Part shown: piece after piece, positions 1-12,625 of the stretch
Position numbering within the stretch: the first letter of the stretch is position 1
How the letters are laid out: each line of letters begins with the position of its first letter
NCBI GenBank assembly: GCA_010909165.1
Contig: MU008154.1
Location: 857,478 to 921,477 of the forward strand
Source: Anthoceros angustus
Lineage: Eukaryota > Plantae > Anthocerotophyta
Length of the DNA: 64,000 bases
Direction of reading: 5' to 3'
Notes under the pieces: generated by a model
Seen by the model: only the letters and a program-made list of their open reading frames with translations
Told to the model about the DNA's origin: nothing
Databases searched by the model: none
Translations under genes and position numbers: made by a program

Positions 1-57
1 AATACACGCAGAGTGTGGCACAAGTCCGTTTTCGATAGCCTCTGTTTGTCATGAGCG

Positions 58-1998
58 TCATCTGGCAAGGGTTCTACCACTCTTGAACTTCGTCCAACTG
101 GGGCGGGAGCATGCCAGCGAAACCGCCGTGGGCTCACTGCGGGGCGAGTGCTTGGAGGATGATCTTCCCGCATCCGTCAAGGGTGATGTACTCACACCTT
201 GGTGACTCAGCTTTTTCTCAAGCTCTGCATCTTCCTCGTTATCAGATTTCATGAAGGGCAGGACTCGTGAAGACGACGAGCCTGGCTTCATGCTAGGGTT
301 GCTGGGCAGCAATCCTCTTTGAACCATCCTGGCGTGCTGCTGAGCCTCGGCGCTTCTCTGGCTATCCTGCAGAGCCTGTCGATTAATCTTCTCAAAGACA
401 AGATGGTAGGGCTTAGGTTCAGCCGCTTTCCCAGACCCTGTAGCTGTGTCCAATTGCTCTACCGTTCCAACCTTCGGAGAGACAGGCACTTTCGGTCTTG
501 GTGACTCCCTTTGAAGATCACGGACTATTCTTGGTGACACAGACTCCCTTTGCAAATCACTCACTGCTCGTCGTGACACAGATTCCCTTGGCAGCTCTAT
601 GTTTCTCAATGGCTCCGTTGGTGATTCCCTCATTCTCGGCGACTCCCTGTGCAGGTCGCTAAGCCCAGGGGACTCCCTTCTCAACCTAGGTGAGCCCCTC
701 TGCTCAGTCCTAACCGACATCAACTCTTTCTTTGCTGGATCGCATAGAGGTGCGTCTCTGAACGCCAATCCCTTGAACTGCTGCCTGGCAGCCCTCTCCG
801 CAAGAAGAGACTTCCGCAGCTCCTCAAGATTCACAGGAGGAGATGCTTTTGACGGCTTCTGCTCAGCCTCCGGCGTCCTCTCTGACGAGGAAATGGACGT
901 GGAGTGTCTCGCATCTTCCCGGGGAGAATTCCTGAGAGAGGAGGCAGCACCGGCACCTCTGCTTCCATCATCCGGCAGGCCCGCGGAGATATGCAAACGG
1001 CTGAATTCCGGGGCTTTAACCAAACTGCTGGTGCTTGGCCGTCCCGACAACGGGCTGCTGCTGCTGCTGCTGCATACAGCGGACACTCTCCCAGCGGCGA
1101 TGGCCTCCGGACTGCACACCGCGACATCTTCCGCTCCGTCCACAGCCACGTCCTTCTCCCCAGCGTACACCGGCACGGCCTTCTCGTCCGCCTCAGCCTC
1201 ATCATCGTACCAGTGACTGGTGCTCCTACTCCCCTTGGCGGGAGGCGAACCTTCCACCAGCAGGTCGGGCGAGAAGGGGACGAGCGCCACTCTCGCCGAC
1301 CCCCGCATCCGCACAGTCTTCCTCACGCTCGATCCTTCCCGTCTGGACGCGGATCTGGTCAATTTAGGCTCCCTCACCACGTCCTGCATCCGGGAAGACT
1401 TGTTCTTCCTCCTCCCTATCCGGTAGTCCGGCACCCCCTGCGCCGAGAGCTCGTGTCGACTCTCCCTTTCCCCGCTGCTCTCCAGCAGCATGTCGGTGGA
1501 ATCCTCCGACGCCTTCCTCCGGTGCCGAGGCCTGGCCGCAATGTAGGCTGGCGTGTCTCCCTCCTTCGGCACCCGACAGGACCCGAAATCCCGCTGCAAC
1601 AGCTGCTGCCTGCGCTGCGTCTTCTTAAGCGTCCGGTGCCGACGGCTCCCCGGCTGCCTGGCGGTCATGAGCGGAAGCCCGCAGGACACGGAAATAGCCT
1701 CCCTCGTGATCCCAAGCTCGTTGTGGAAGAAGCGCGAAATGCCATTCCCACTCCCACTCCCACTCCCTCCCTCCTTCTGCGGCTCCAGCCTCCTCGTCTT
1801 CTCCATCTCCGCCTTCTCCCGCTCCATCAACGTGAAGATAGTCCCGGTGCTCCCCACCCGGATCGGACTCCCGGGCCGGAAGTCCTCCGCACCGCTCTCC
1901 AAAAACGCCATATCGGCCTGCGACACCGGAGGCAGGGGCAGCTCCCAGGAGGCCACAGACGCGGGTACTATCGCCTGACGCTCCATCATCTGCACCAA
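58..1998 (-). CDS. Uncharacterised Ser/Arg/Pro-rich, probably disordered protein (646 aa) with RES[P/V] repeats; further exons left of the window are possible
   Basis: Longest ORF in the region, with natural composition. About seven RES[P/V] motifs are encoded at ~430-690. A putative 5'UTR intron lies at ~2042-2127 (GT...CAG on minus). No family recognised. Confidence 0.6.
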   Translation of the reverse strand: MVQMMERQAIVPASVASWELPLPPVSQADMAFLESGAEDFRPGSPIRVGSTGTIFTLMEREKAEMEKTRRLEPQKEGGSGSGSGNGISRFFHNELGITREAISVSCGLPLMTARQPGSRRHRTLKKTQRRQQLLQRDFGSCRVPKEGDTPAYIAARPRHRRKASEDSTDMLLESSGERESRHELSAQGVPDYRIGRRKNKSSRMQDVVREPKLTRSASRREGSSVRKTVRMRGSARVALVPFSPDLLVEGSPPAKGSRSTSHWYDDEAEADEKAVPVYAGEKDVAVDGAEDVAVCSPEAIAAGRVSAVCSSSSSSPLSGRPSTSSLVKAPEFSRLHISAGLPDDGSRGAGAASSLRNSPREDARHSTSISSSERTPEAEQKPSKASPPVNLEELRKSLLAERAARQQFKGLAFRDAPLCDPAKKELMSVRTEQRGSPRLRRESPGLSDLHRESPRMRESPTEPLRNIELPRESVSRRAVSDLQRESVSPRIVRDLQRESPRPKVPVSPKVGTVEQLDTATGSGKAAEPKPYHLVFEKINRQALQDSQRSAEAQQHARMVQRGLLPSNPSMKPGSSSSRVLPFMKSDNEEDAELEKKLSHQGVSTSPLTDAGRSSSKHSPRSEPTAVSLACSRPSWTKFKSGRTLAR

Positions 1999-3744
1999 GA
2001 CACCAAACAGTAGCCGTCACACATCAATCTATCCGCAATCCTGCCGCCCCGACCGGGCACGAACGATTCCGCCGGCCAAGCACAAAGTGTACAAAATTCT
2101 CACACACCTCGGCCAGAATCACATCGACCTCAACCGCGCCAAACCGCGCTCTAATTTCCAGCTCCCGGCCCCGGAATCAGCCAAGCGATCTACCAAACCA
2201 GTTCTCCGCAATTCCCAAATGCGTTCTCCGAGACACGCGTGGCGGGAACACGCTGTCCTCGTACAACCAATTCCAGCATCTTGCACAGGGAAGCTCCCCG
2301 TCCCGGCACAGCCTCGCGGACGCCAAGTGCATCAACAAGGGAACCTTCCGCTCCACGCCGGCTCGCAAGAAGCGACGAGACGCGCCCCGGCGGAGAGAGG
2401 GACGAAACGCCTTTGTCCTGTAACCAAGCAAACAAAGCCACAAACAAACCCGCTCTGCGCGAGCCGGGAAAAAGGGCTTGGCCTCTGTACGTTGACACTG
2501 AACATGCCAGGCGCCAGGCCCCGCCTCGAGTTAAGCAATAAAATAACTTTAAAACAATAAACAAGACCGGAAGCGGTAGAATTCCATGTGGCTCGCACCG
2601 CATGAGCGTCCCTTCCGGCATGTGTCATGATGCCTCATCATCCGTCCATGTCCCTCTCGCCGTCGCACCACTCATATCCCCTAGTGCCGCACCGGGCCGT
2701 GAACGAGGGCCGCCCAGTCGCTGTCGAGGCCGTGTCATGAGTCGCCACTACAGCGACGAGTCACATCAACCATGCACCCGCATGATTCACGAAAGCGACG
2801 GCGAGCTTCACTTCCGTGGCGTCTTCGTCGGCGTTTGCCGCTTCTGCATAGACAAGCACACGCTGTCGCGTGGCAGGCGGCCTGATACGGGCCGGTTACC
2901 AATCCGCTGCTGCCGGGCGGCGCCCCGCTGCAGACCGGTTGTGTGAAACGCAATTGACAGCCTACCGGTCGGCGACCGTACTTTGCGAGCTTCAATGCAA
3001 GCCTCCGAATTCGCTGGCGCCAGGGCCCACCGGTCGCCAGGATCGCCCAGGTGGAAGGCCGCCTTCACGGTTTCAAATTTTCTGGAATTTTGCGCTGCCA
3101 AAAATGGGAATCCTTCCACCCACCACCGTCATTCCTCAGCCTCCATGATTCCGGCTTTGCTTTGTCGTAATAGGCGCTTTCCTCCTCTTACCTTACTTTT
3201 GTCCTTATTCGGCGTTTTAGCAATTCCCTCTTGACTGAAGTCAGAGTATATAATATATTTATTTTAATTATTTTTTAAATAAATTTTACGTAGAATTGCT
3301 GTCTAGAGAGAGAATTGATGGGTTAAAGGGTTTCCGCTTGACAATGAAGTTAGCTAGTTTGCTGATAGGTGTGAATATTACACAAATCTTTATGTTAGGT
3401 AGACATGAAAAGTAGATCATTCGATACCGTTTTAACTAGGCTTGAATCAAGTACTATCTAGATTGATTCTTGTGTAGTATAAAATATATGTATAATTTTT
3501 CTTTAAATATCATAATTATACCTCATAATAAAATATAAATAAATTTAAAAATTATTTTTTATTACTAGCTTACATAATTTGTGAATATACGCATGATATT
3601 CATACATAATAAAAAATTCGATATTCATAGATCTTAATGAACAATCCAGACCGTCTAAGAACACTACAATTTGTTTAAACGGATCTCAATATCTTCCCAA
3701 CAACATTTATTCACCCAATAGGATATTTGAGCTACAGACATTTA

Positions 3745-4150
3745 TGCAATGTGAATATTTAAAATATCCATATATCATCAAGTTTGTGGTTAGTGTTTGT
3801 ATAATACTCCTTAGCTTTACATCTTCAAAAGCTCAAGGGCATATCTAAAAAACTTTTTTAATCCATGGAGGTGCCACCTCTTGTAACTGCAATGAGTCCC
3901 ACAATTGAAAATGGAATTGCAACCTTTTATGGAATGACAGTAGGCCCTTAGTCATTTTTGGGGGTTCAGTTACTTGATCTATGCGGGACATATTATCTTC
4001 AACCTTGTAGTGAGTACCTTAGACATATTGGTGAAGTAATACAAAAGGAATCTCTCACTGCAAGAGAAGCACTCCTTACTCTTGGGAAGTGCTCGATGAG
4101 TTATAGTTTTGATGAACCATGGTTTGGTATTGATGATGACGTTTTTGTAA
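3745..4150 (+). pseudogene. Degenerate DUF26/Gnk2 paralogue
   Basis: Aligns by eye with 6085-6534 (AREALLTLGKCSMSYSFDEPWF vs AREAQLTLGGCSMRYSFDEPWF). It has frameshifts, a stop and lost cysteines. Confidence 0.75.
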
Positions 4151-6244
4151 ATTATTTTATATATTTTATAACTAAAATTAAGATAATATTAGACAAGTCG
4201 TATATTCACTTTAACATGTATATGCCCGCTTGTTAGTCAGGATCAAAACTATCAAAGATATATGAATTTTCATTCTTAAAATGATCGCAACTATCAAAGA
4301 TATATGAATTTTCATTCTTAAAATGATCGCACAAACTACTGCACAATCAACCAAGAGATTCTACCCGTTTATAAATAGAAGCTAGGAAGGAGCTGAAAAT
4401 GTGAAGGCCCCTAGAGTTTGAAGGAGACCACAATACATACATTTTTTGTTTGCTAGTGATGTTACCTTCCGCATTATTGAGGAGGAACAGTTCTGACCTT
4501 GCTAGCTCAATTCATTTTGGCCCGCTCAATTGTAATTCTTTTGTAATTTGAACAACATTTCTCAAAAAAATACATATTACCTTAGAAAACTCAAAAGGTC
4601 ATGAACCCATGAACATTTATAGATGCTTGACTTGAAATCAGCGTTCAACAAAAACATATAGGTAGTATAGAACCTAGAAGAATGAAGTTGATCTTTGTTA
4701 ATGAATAGGAGCGAATGTTTATGTAAATCTGTCCAACCAACTTCTTATTTTTGAAAAAAAACTTTCTATTAAATATTTATAGAATAATCTATTACCAAGT
4801 TACCTAAAGTTCCAATGATATAACGTATCAAAGATGGCACTTTTGTCAACTATGGTCATGGAAATATATGCATGAGAAGAGAAATGAGTTGAACATTCGT
4901 GTGCATATAAACTAAAAGTTCTAGAACACACGTCTTGTGGCAAGCAAAACAAAGATGCTTAAGTTTCCTTGCATAGTATATAGGTGGTGATTATGAATAA
5001 TATTTTTCCTGATATTGAGATGTGCAAACATTTCTACAATATGAACATGATAAACCGTCCATATATCACCAAATTGGTGGTCGATTCTAGTAATACTCCT
5101 TAGCTTTACATCCTCAAATCAAGATCATGAACTTCAAGTGTTATATAAAACATGTGGACAATCTTTTGACTTCATGGAGATGCGGCGTTTTGTAAATTAT
5201 TTTATATATTTTATAACTAAATTAAGATAATATTAGACAAGTCGTATATTCACTTTAACATGTATATGCCCGCTTGTTAGTCAGGATCAAAACTATCAAA
5301 GATATATGAATTTTCATTCTTAAAATGATCGCAACTATCAAAGATATATGAATTTTCATTCTTAAAATGATCGCACAAACTACTGCACAATCAACCAAGA
5401 GATTCTACCCGTTTATAAATAGAAGCTAGGAAGGAGCTGAAAATGTGAAGGCCCCTAGAGTTTGAAGGAGACCACAATACATACATTTTTTGTTTGCTAG
5501 TGATGTTACCTTCCGCATTATTGAGGAGGAACAGTTCTGACCTTGCTAGCTCAATTCATTTTGGCCCGCTCAATTGTAATTCTTTTGTAATTTGAACAAC
5601 ATTTCTCAAAAAAATACATATTACCTTAGAAAACTCAAAAGGTCATGAACCCATGAACATTTATAGATGCTTGACTTGAAATCAGCGTTCAACAAAAACA
5701 TATAGGTAGTATAGAACCTAGAAGAATGAAGTTGATCTTTGTTAATGAATAGGAGCGAATGTTTATGTAAATCTGTCCAACCAACTTCTTATTTTTGAAA
5801 AAAAACTTTCTATTAAATATTTATAGAATAATCTATTACCAAGTTACCTAAAGTTCCAATGATATAACGTATCAAAGATGGCACTTTTGTCAACTATGGT
5901 CATGGAAATATATGCATGAGAAGAGAAATGAGTTGAACATTCGTGTGCATATAAACTAAAAGTTCTAGAACACACGTCTTGTGGCAAGCAAAACAAAGAT
6001 GCTTAAGTTTCCTTGCATAGTATATAGGTGGTGATTATGAATAATATTTTTCCTGATATTGAGATGTGCAAACATTTCTACAATATGAACATGATAAACC
6101 GTCCATATATCACCAAATTGGTGGTCAGTATTCTAGTAATACTCCTTAGCTTTACATCCTCAAATGCTGAAGATCATGAACTTCAAGTGTTATATAAAAC
6201 ATGTGGACAATCTTTTGACTTCATGGAGATGCGGCGTTTTGTAA
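4146..6244 (+). repeat. ~1.05-kb tandem duplication (4146-5195 / 5196-6244); the first unit ends in a truncated, frameshifted DUF26 5' end at ~4987-5195
   Basis: Near-identical sequence at offset ~1045-1049. The junction microhomology is CGTTTT(T)GTAA. Each unit also contains a ~42-bp internal tandem repeat. Confidence 0.9.
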
Positions 6245-6534
6245 TGAATACTGCTCTAAGTAGCACATCCGACAAAGGAATTGGAGATTACCCCCACCAT
6301 CCAAGCTTTTACGAGATGATAGTAGGTCCCGTAGCCATTTTTTGGGGTTCAGTTACTTGTAATGTGCTGGACGATTATGGTCTTCCATCTTGTACTAAGT
6401 GCCTTAGATATATTGCTGCAGCAATACAAACCGAATGTCCTAATGCAAGAGAAGCACAACTTACTCTTGGGGGGTGTTCTATGAGATATAGTTTTGATGA
6501 ACCATGGTTTTGTATTGATGATGGTGGTTTATAG
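6085..6534 (+). CDS. Secreted single-DUF26 (Gnk2-homologous / stress-antifungal) cysteine-rich protein
   Basis: Hydrophobic signal peptide (KLVVSILVILLSFTSSNA) followed by YKTC...WGSVTC-X10-CTKC...IQTECPNAREAQLTLGGCSMRY, matching the DUF26 cysteine pattern. Single exon; the ORF track starts upstream at 6028. Confidence 0.75.
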   Translation: MNMINRPYITKLVVSILVILLSFTSSNAEDHELQVLYKTCGQSFDFMEMRRFVMNTALSSTSDKGIGDYPHHPSFYEMIVGPVAIFWGSVTCNVLDDYGLPSCTKCLRYIAAAIQTECPNAREAQLTLGGCSMRYSFDEPWFCIDDGGL

Positions 6535-7424
6535 ATTATTTTATAAATTGTATTAATTTAAATAAATATAATATGAACAAGTTGTAAATTCACATGTGAT
6601 GTAGCAACTCTTATTTTATAGCCATTTGAAACTAATATTTGAAGGTCACATGAAATGTAAATTTTCTCCAAGTCTTATGGACATAGTAATACATACCTAG
6701 TAAGATGTTGGAAAAATAAAATATGTCAACTTATGCACTAAAATGTCATTGATAAGACGATTCTATTGTTTAGGTTTGAAGTTAATACATAATATTATTT
6801 TAGTATAAATTTTATGTAACATTTCAATCACAAGAAAATAAAAGAAATAAAAGAAAGCCTTCATCCAATCGCAAGGTAGAAAGGCCTTAGAAATTTTTTG
6901 TTGTGCGAAAATTTTGATAGAAAAAACCCATTCGAATGAGGATAAGCAAAGGAGACCGTAAAGTACGTGATAAAAAGAGCAACTAAATTCCCTACCGGAA
7001 GTCACCAACTACGCCTATAATGGAGGAAAAGTAAACAATGTACGTTTAAACTATAGAGGAAGAGGAGGACCTATTGTTGCCCCTATGTGGATGATTGCTG
7101 AGGGCAATTGAGACTCGCTGTTTGCAAAACGCCGTGAAGTTCTTGAAGTAGAAAAAAAAGACATCCCCGCAGGTATATGCGGGCATGGAAAACCTGACAC
7201 ATAGGACTTCGCAAATGTATCAAAATCCTTAGCCATCGCCAGACACGTTTGAGGGCGAGAGGAATGAATTGGTAGCCTAAAAGGCCTAAGCAACCGCAAC
7301 CAGCTTCGCCACTATGGGCTGAAGCACGATTGAAAAGACATACCTTCTACGACGTCTCCTTGCGATGAGGAAGGATGAATTATAAGCCATGAAAACAGAA
7401 GCACTTTTGTACAACCACCACGGG

Positions 7425-7490
7425 AGATCTGAATCGTGAATCGTCAGTGGTGAATATGAATCGTGAATCGTTAGTGGTGAATATGAATCG
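7425..7490 (+). repeat. 27-bp minisatellite (~2.3 units)
   Basis: GAATCGTGAATCGTCAGTGGTGAATAT repeated. Confidence 0.8.
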
Positions 7491-7527
7491 TGCATTGTGT
7501 GATGGCGGGTGATGGTCTCCAGCGGGA

Positions 7528-8850
7528 TTGGAAGGCGGGGAAAGGGCCTCGAGGACCATTCCCATCGAAAAGCTTTTTGCCGGGGTGAAGAGGCTCGTGG
7601 AGAAGCTGAGGGAGCAGGGAGCTGGCCAAGCTGTGCAATGGGTGCCGGATGTCAGCAGCAGAGATGGGGACATGAGCGATTTCTTCCACGAAGCTGTGGG
7701 ATCCTGGCGGGAGAGCAAGGCGTGGTGGGCGGTAAGGTGGGACGTGCTGAGCCTAGTCGTGGCCTCCTCACATTTGGTGCGCATCGACTTGAGGGGATGC
7801 GGGCCCCTTGCAGTTCGCCGAAAGTGCTGGTCCAGGCCTTCCGCCAGGCTGGAGGATCGTACTGTCGCAGGCGCTAGGCAGACAGCTCAAGGTCTGGCAC
7901 CCATTTCTGCCGGACTCTCAATGTGAGAATGGGTCGCACTATGGCTTGAAGTGAGTGGGAAGGTTTGTTGGGCAGCTCTGCTGATTTGTATGTACAGTCA
8001 TGAAGCGCAGAGTCTCACCGCCTGAGGATCTGACATCAGGGCAGCCTGGCCTTGACATGCTTCCTTGGCTAGGGCAACTGTGAGGAGCTGTTCGGTGACT
8101 TGTTCGTCTCCTGAGAGAACAAGGCCCGGACTCGGTTGGAGGTGAGGTTGCAAGTGTTTGGTCTCATTGGGTTCTGCTGGAGCTTGACGACAGTGAATCC
8201 GGAAGGATGTGGGATAGGACAGTGAATCCGGAAGGGGAGCCGAGGTAGCAGCACGATCTAGTGGCTTGCAACGTAATGCCGCAAATGTGCTGGAACATCT
8301 GAATTTGAACCGGAGCCCTTTGGGTCGGAGTGTGGATGCCATCAGATTGCCATTTCAGCAGGGGCATTGGAGCGGAAATTGTAGCTGCTGACATTTTGTC
8401 ATATCCTGCAGCTAGTCAGAGATTCGGAGTTCGATATGTAGTGTAGGGATGAGCATCAATGGAGCTGCAATGCTCATTCAAATATGCTACGCCACTCACC
8501 CACATGTGGCAATTATTGTTTTTGCTATAGGCGACGAAGCAGAATGGGTAGGGAGGGCCTGCAACCTTCCTGAAGTCAAAGGCTTGTCTGTGGCAAAGAG
8601 CAATCCCACCTGGCACTGCCCTATTTGCGGATATTCAAGGCCGAAGAGACTGGTGTAGGAGAATTGATGTCCCAGCTTCATTCCGACTCTCAAGGAACTG
8701 AAACTGGTATCGATGTTACCTGTTTTCCACGAGGGAGTGGCAAGAAGGCGGGTTCAATGCCCTGGTCTATAACTGTTCATGTGGACTTGCACATGTGGTG
8801 AGTTTGATGAGAATGAGAGTCTTGAACACGAGGACGACATCATTGAAATG
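7528..8850 (+). pseudogene. Decayed RNI-like leucine-rich-repeat gene
   Basis: Fragments in shifting frames resemble LRR units: HLVRIDLRGCGPL, SLTTVNPEGCGIG, LEHLNLNRSPLG. Many stops and frameshifts. Confidence 0.35.
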
Positions 8851-9049
8851 CTCAAGGTGAACCTAAGGTGCTTCGTATAGGCAACAAAGCACCCTAGTAC
8901 CTTCTGAAACTCAACTCATCTTAGAGGCACCGTTTTGGATGGCAAGGATGCACAAGTGATCACATTTTAAGAGCAAGCCTACCCATTAGGGGAGCACCAC
9001 CGTCACAATCGGCCATTGTACCCCCTGTACTCTTGTAAACTGTTGTTCA

Positions 9050-10985
9050 GATTTCGTTATGACTTCTGATCAGACTCGTAGATGTGGAGTGGCCGTTATG
9101 TAGGCTTTGTAGTTGTGGTGCCCTTGTATGTCATTCGGGTTTTCACATAGCGCTTGGATACCATGAAAGGGCATCCGAGTAGCCAAGTTCTTCCATGGTT
9201 ACAAAACCTTTCCTTTTGGGGCGACCAACCTAGGTCGGTATGTGGCAGGGAACTATTCTACCCAAAGTCCCTGCTGTCGGCAAGGAAGATGAAGAATTTT
9301 ATTGAAGTCCACTAAGGATATGACGATAACGGGCAAGGAAGAAGAAGAATTTCATTGAAGACCACTATGACGATAACAGGACTTGTATTTGGATAATTTT
9401 TGTATGGTGTGTCTAAGTTACTAGCACCAAGGGCATTCACTCTCTTTAAACACAACTTAGTACTTGACAATTTTTACTATGGTGTGTCTAAGCTACTAGC
9501 ACCAAGGGCATCCACTCCTCTAGGCACCCCATCCAAGTATCGATTGAAGCACAAGATGTTTAACAACACGTTATTATAAATGTGTGTCTAAATGGCTTAG
9601 GGGACTATTCTACCAGCACACCACCGCTGCAACTCATTCCCAACTATAGTTTGAGCCAAAAACAAAAGTCCACTGTTACTTCGTCTATATGGTTGAAAGA
9701 TATTATTAAAATTTATGTGTTATTCTATTTACCAATTTTTTTTAAAAGATGTGAAAATAATATAGTATGATACAAGTATGTACTTTATGTTTATCCAACA
9801 ATGACTCGCCAAGGTACCCGAAGAGTAAAATTGATCCTAAGAAGTTGAACAAAACTTTAATTTAGACATCTATTTAATCTAAACAAGTAACCACACTAAT
9901 ATTGTTAGAAGATGGCTTGAGACTGCCAATGAATTAGTTACTAGAAGATGGCTTGAGACTGCTCCAACATTTTCGATGTTAGAGTAGTATTAAATCATGA
10001 AGGGGATCGCGATGAATTGGTATGGAGTAGCATTTGTGCGGTCCATCTCAACTTTTGGAAAGCTTTCCTGCAAGAACCCATGGGGATAACTAGTAAACAT
10101 GTATCTTTCACCTCCTTTAATGGATGGGAAAAGCTTTCCTGCAAGAACCTAGTGGGATGACTCGTGAACATATATCTTTCACTTCCTTTGTTGGATGGGA
10201 AAAGCTTTCTTGCAGGAACCCGTTGGGGTGACTAGTGAACATATATCTTCGACTTCCTTTTTTGGATGGGAAAAGCTTTCGTGCAGGAACCCAATGGGAT
10301 GACTAGTGAACATATACATTCCACTTCCTTTATTCGATGGGAAGTTTCATGCTCTTCAAGTATTTTATGCCTTTTGGGGGCTCCATGATAGGCCAACTCT
10401 TCTAGGCCAATACCACACTCGTGCAGCGCCAATATTGACCTAACAGCATAAACTCGAACGTCTATCTAAAGGTTTAACCTTAGCTTGCACCAAAAAATAT
10501 TGAAGGCGTCTATCTAAAGGTTTAACCTTAGCTTGCACCACAAAATGTTGAAGGCGTCTATCTAAAGGTTGAACCTTAGCTTGCACCACAAAATGTTGAA
10601 GGTGTCTTTCTAAAGGTTTAACCTTAGCTTGCACCACAAAATGTTGAAGGGGAACTACCTCGGAATCGGAAGCATGAAGTGTAGTTCCTTGTTCTTCTAG
10701 ACTTATTTTCTCATCCTCTTCGGGTCTTTATCTATGGATGGTTCTTGGTCCTCTTCAATCCTTCACTGTTTGTAGACTTACTTTCTCATTCTCTTCGAGC
10801 TTGATTCATAGATTGTTCTCTTCCTCTTTAATCCACTCTTTCAGAAGTGGATTGGTTATTGTTTGCATGTTTGATTACTAGGAATATATGTGCAAATTAA
10901 GAGATTGCCTCGTTAATGAAACCCCGAATTTGGAGAGGTAAGGCTAGCACACTACCTAGACCACCTAATGTCCACCTAATGTTAG
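9050..10985. mobile_element. AT-rich non-coding transposon-like block with nested tandem repeats
   Basis: Contains a dispersed-element copy (9240-9590), 4 x ~70-bp units (10060-10330), 4 x 48-bp units (10460-10650) and a 21-bp doublet (9895-9965). No coding capacity seen; superfamily not determined. Confidence 0.55.
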
Positions 10986-10988
10986 TTG

Positions 10989-12270
10989 TTAAGCTTTTAG
11001 CTGGTGAAGTTGGACGAGCTGAGCGTAAACGCCCTTAGCTCGGAGCAGCTTAGCGTGGGTGCCCTTCTCGACGACCTGGCCCTGGGAGACGACGGCGATC
11101 TGGGGGGCGTTCTGGATGGTGCTGAGGCGGTGGGCGATGACGAGCGTGGTGCGGTTGCCCTGCATGAGGCGATCCAGCGCCTCCTGGACCACGCGCTCGG
11201 ATTCCGCGTCCAGGGCGCTGGTGGCCTCGTCCAGCAGCAGCACCTTGGGGTTCTTGAGGATGGCGCGGGCGATGGCGATGCGTTGCTTCTGGCCGCCCGA
11301 CAGCTGCGTCCGCGCTCGCCCACCTCCGTGTCGTAGCCCTCCGGCAGCCCGCTGATGAAGGCGTGCGCGTTGGCTGGCCGCCTCCACCACCTCCGCCTCC
11401 GTCGCACCCTGCCGCCCGTACAGAATGTTGTCCCGGATGGTGGTGGAGAAGAGCGCCGGCTCCTGCTGCACCAGCGCGATGTGCTGCCGCAGCCGCCGCA
11501 GGTTCAGCCCCGTGATGTCCTTCCCGTCCAGCAGGACGCGCCCGCGGTCGGGGTCGTAGAAGCGCTCGATGAGCGCCACGACGGAGGACTTGCCCGACCC
11601 GCTCGGCCCGACCAGGGCCGTCGTGCTGTTCCCCGGATGAGAAGGTGGATGCCCTGCAGGATCGGGGTGTCAGGGCGGGACGGGTAGGAGAAGTAGACGT
11701 TCTGAAGCTCGATGGTGCCGGCAATGGCGGATCCTGAGTCGTCCGCGCCGCCCTTGCCCGAGTCCGGGTCGATCGAGGACCTGCCAAGGAACGTTACGGT
11801 GAAATGTTGGGATATGGTGGTGGGCGGTAGAGGTATGGTTGTGGGCGGTCGAGATGTGGTGGTGGGCGATAGAGATACGGTGGTGGGCGATAGAGATACG
11901 GTGGTGGGCGATAGCGATACGGTGGTGGGCGATTGCGGGGAGAAGGCAGGAATCTTGTGCAGGAGGATGAGGTGCTTACTTGCGGGAGATGATGTCGAAG
12001 GTGGACAGTGCTGCTTCCTTGGCTTTGCGGAGGTCGGGGAAGATCTTGAGCGACTCCAGGAGATGGAACGCGGTGTGGCCGACCACTTGGAAGACGGAGA
12101 CTATGGCTACGAAGGTGGCCTGGCCCTTGCGGATGAGAAGGCGCCGTACAACAGGCAGAAGGCATCAGGGCCAAGCAGTGAGCTATGCCGAACATGATTC
12201 CGCCCAGCAAGGACTTCCTGATCCTCGACTTGTTTCCGCTCTTCACCTGGTTCTGGAAGACGGACAAAGC
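10989..12270 (-). pseudogene. Orphan duplicate of the last two ABCB exons (end of TMD2 plus NBD2), frameshifted
   Basis: Same sequence as 12626-13920 with indels, and no upstream exons. Confidence 0.7.
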
Positions 12271-12625
12271 TTTCTAAAATGTTGAAGGGAACTACCTCGG
12301 AATCGGAAGCATGAAGTGTAGTTCCTTGTTCTTCTAGACTTATTTTCTCATCCTCTTCGGGTCTTTATCTATGGATGGTTCTTGGTCCTCTTCAATCCTT
12401 CACTGTTTGTAGACTTACTTTCTCATTCTCTTCGAGCTTGATTCATAGATTGTTCTCTTCCTCTTTAATCCACTCTTTCAGAAGTGGATTGGTTATTGTT
12501 TGCATGTTTGATTACTAGGAATATATGTGCAAATTAAGAGATTGCCTCGTTAATGAAACCCCGAATTTGGAGAGGTAAGGCTAGCACACTACCTAGACCA
12601 CCTAATGTCCACCTAATGTTAGTTG

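Noticed and set aside
319-2020. Long overlapping or antisense ORFs (e.g. 904-2013 +, 599-1216 +; likewise 11050-11787, 12765-13379, 40672-41391)
   Set aside because: Shadow ORFs of GC-rich coding sequence, with no independent family signal.
10989-12270. A second, independent ABC half-transporter gene
   Set aside because: It is a near-identical frameshifted duplicate of the ABCB 3' end, with no promoter or 5' exons.
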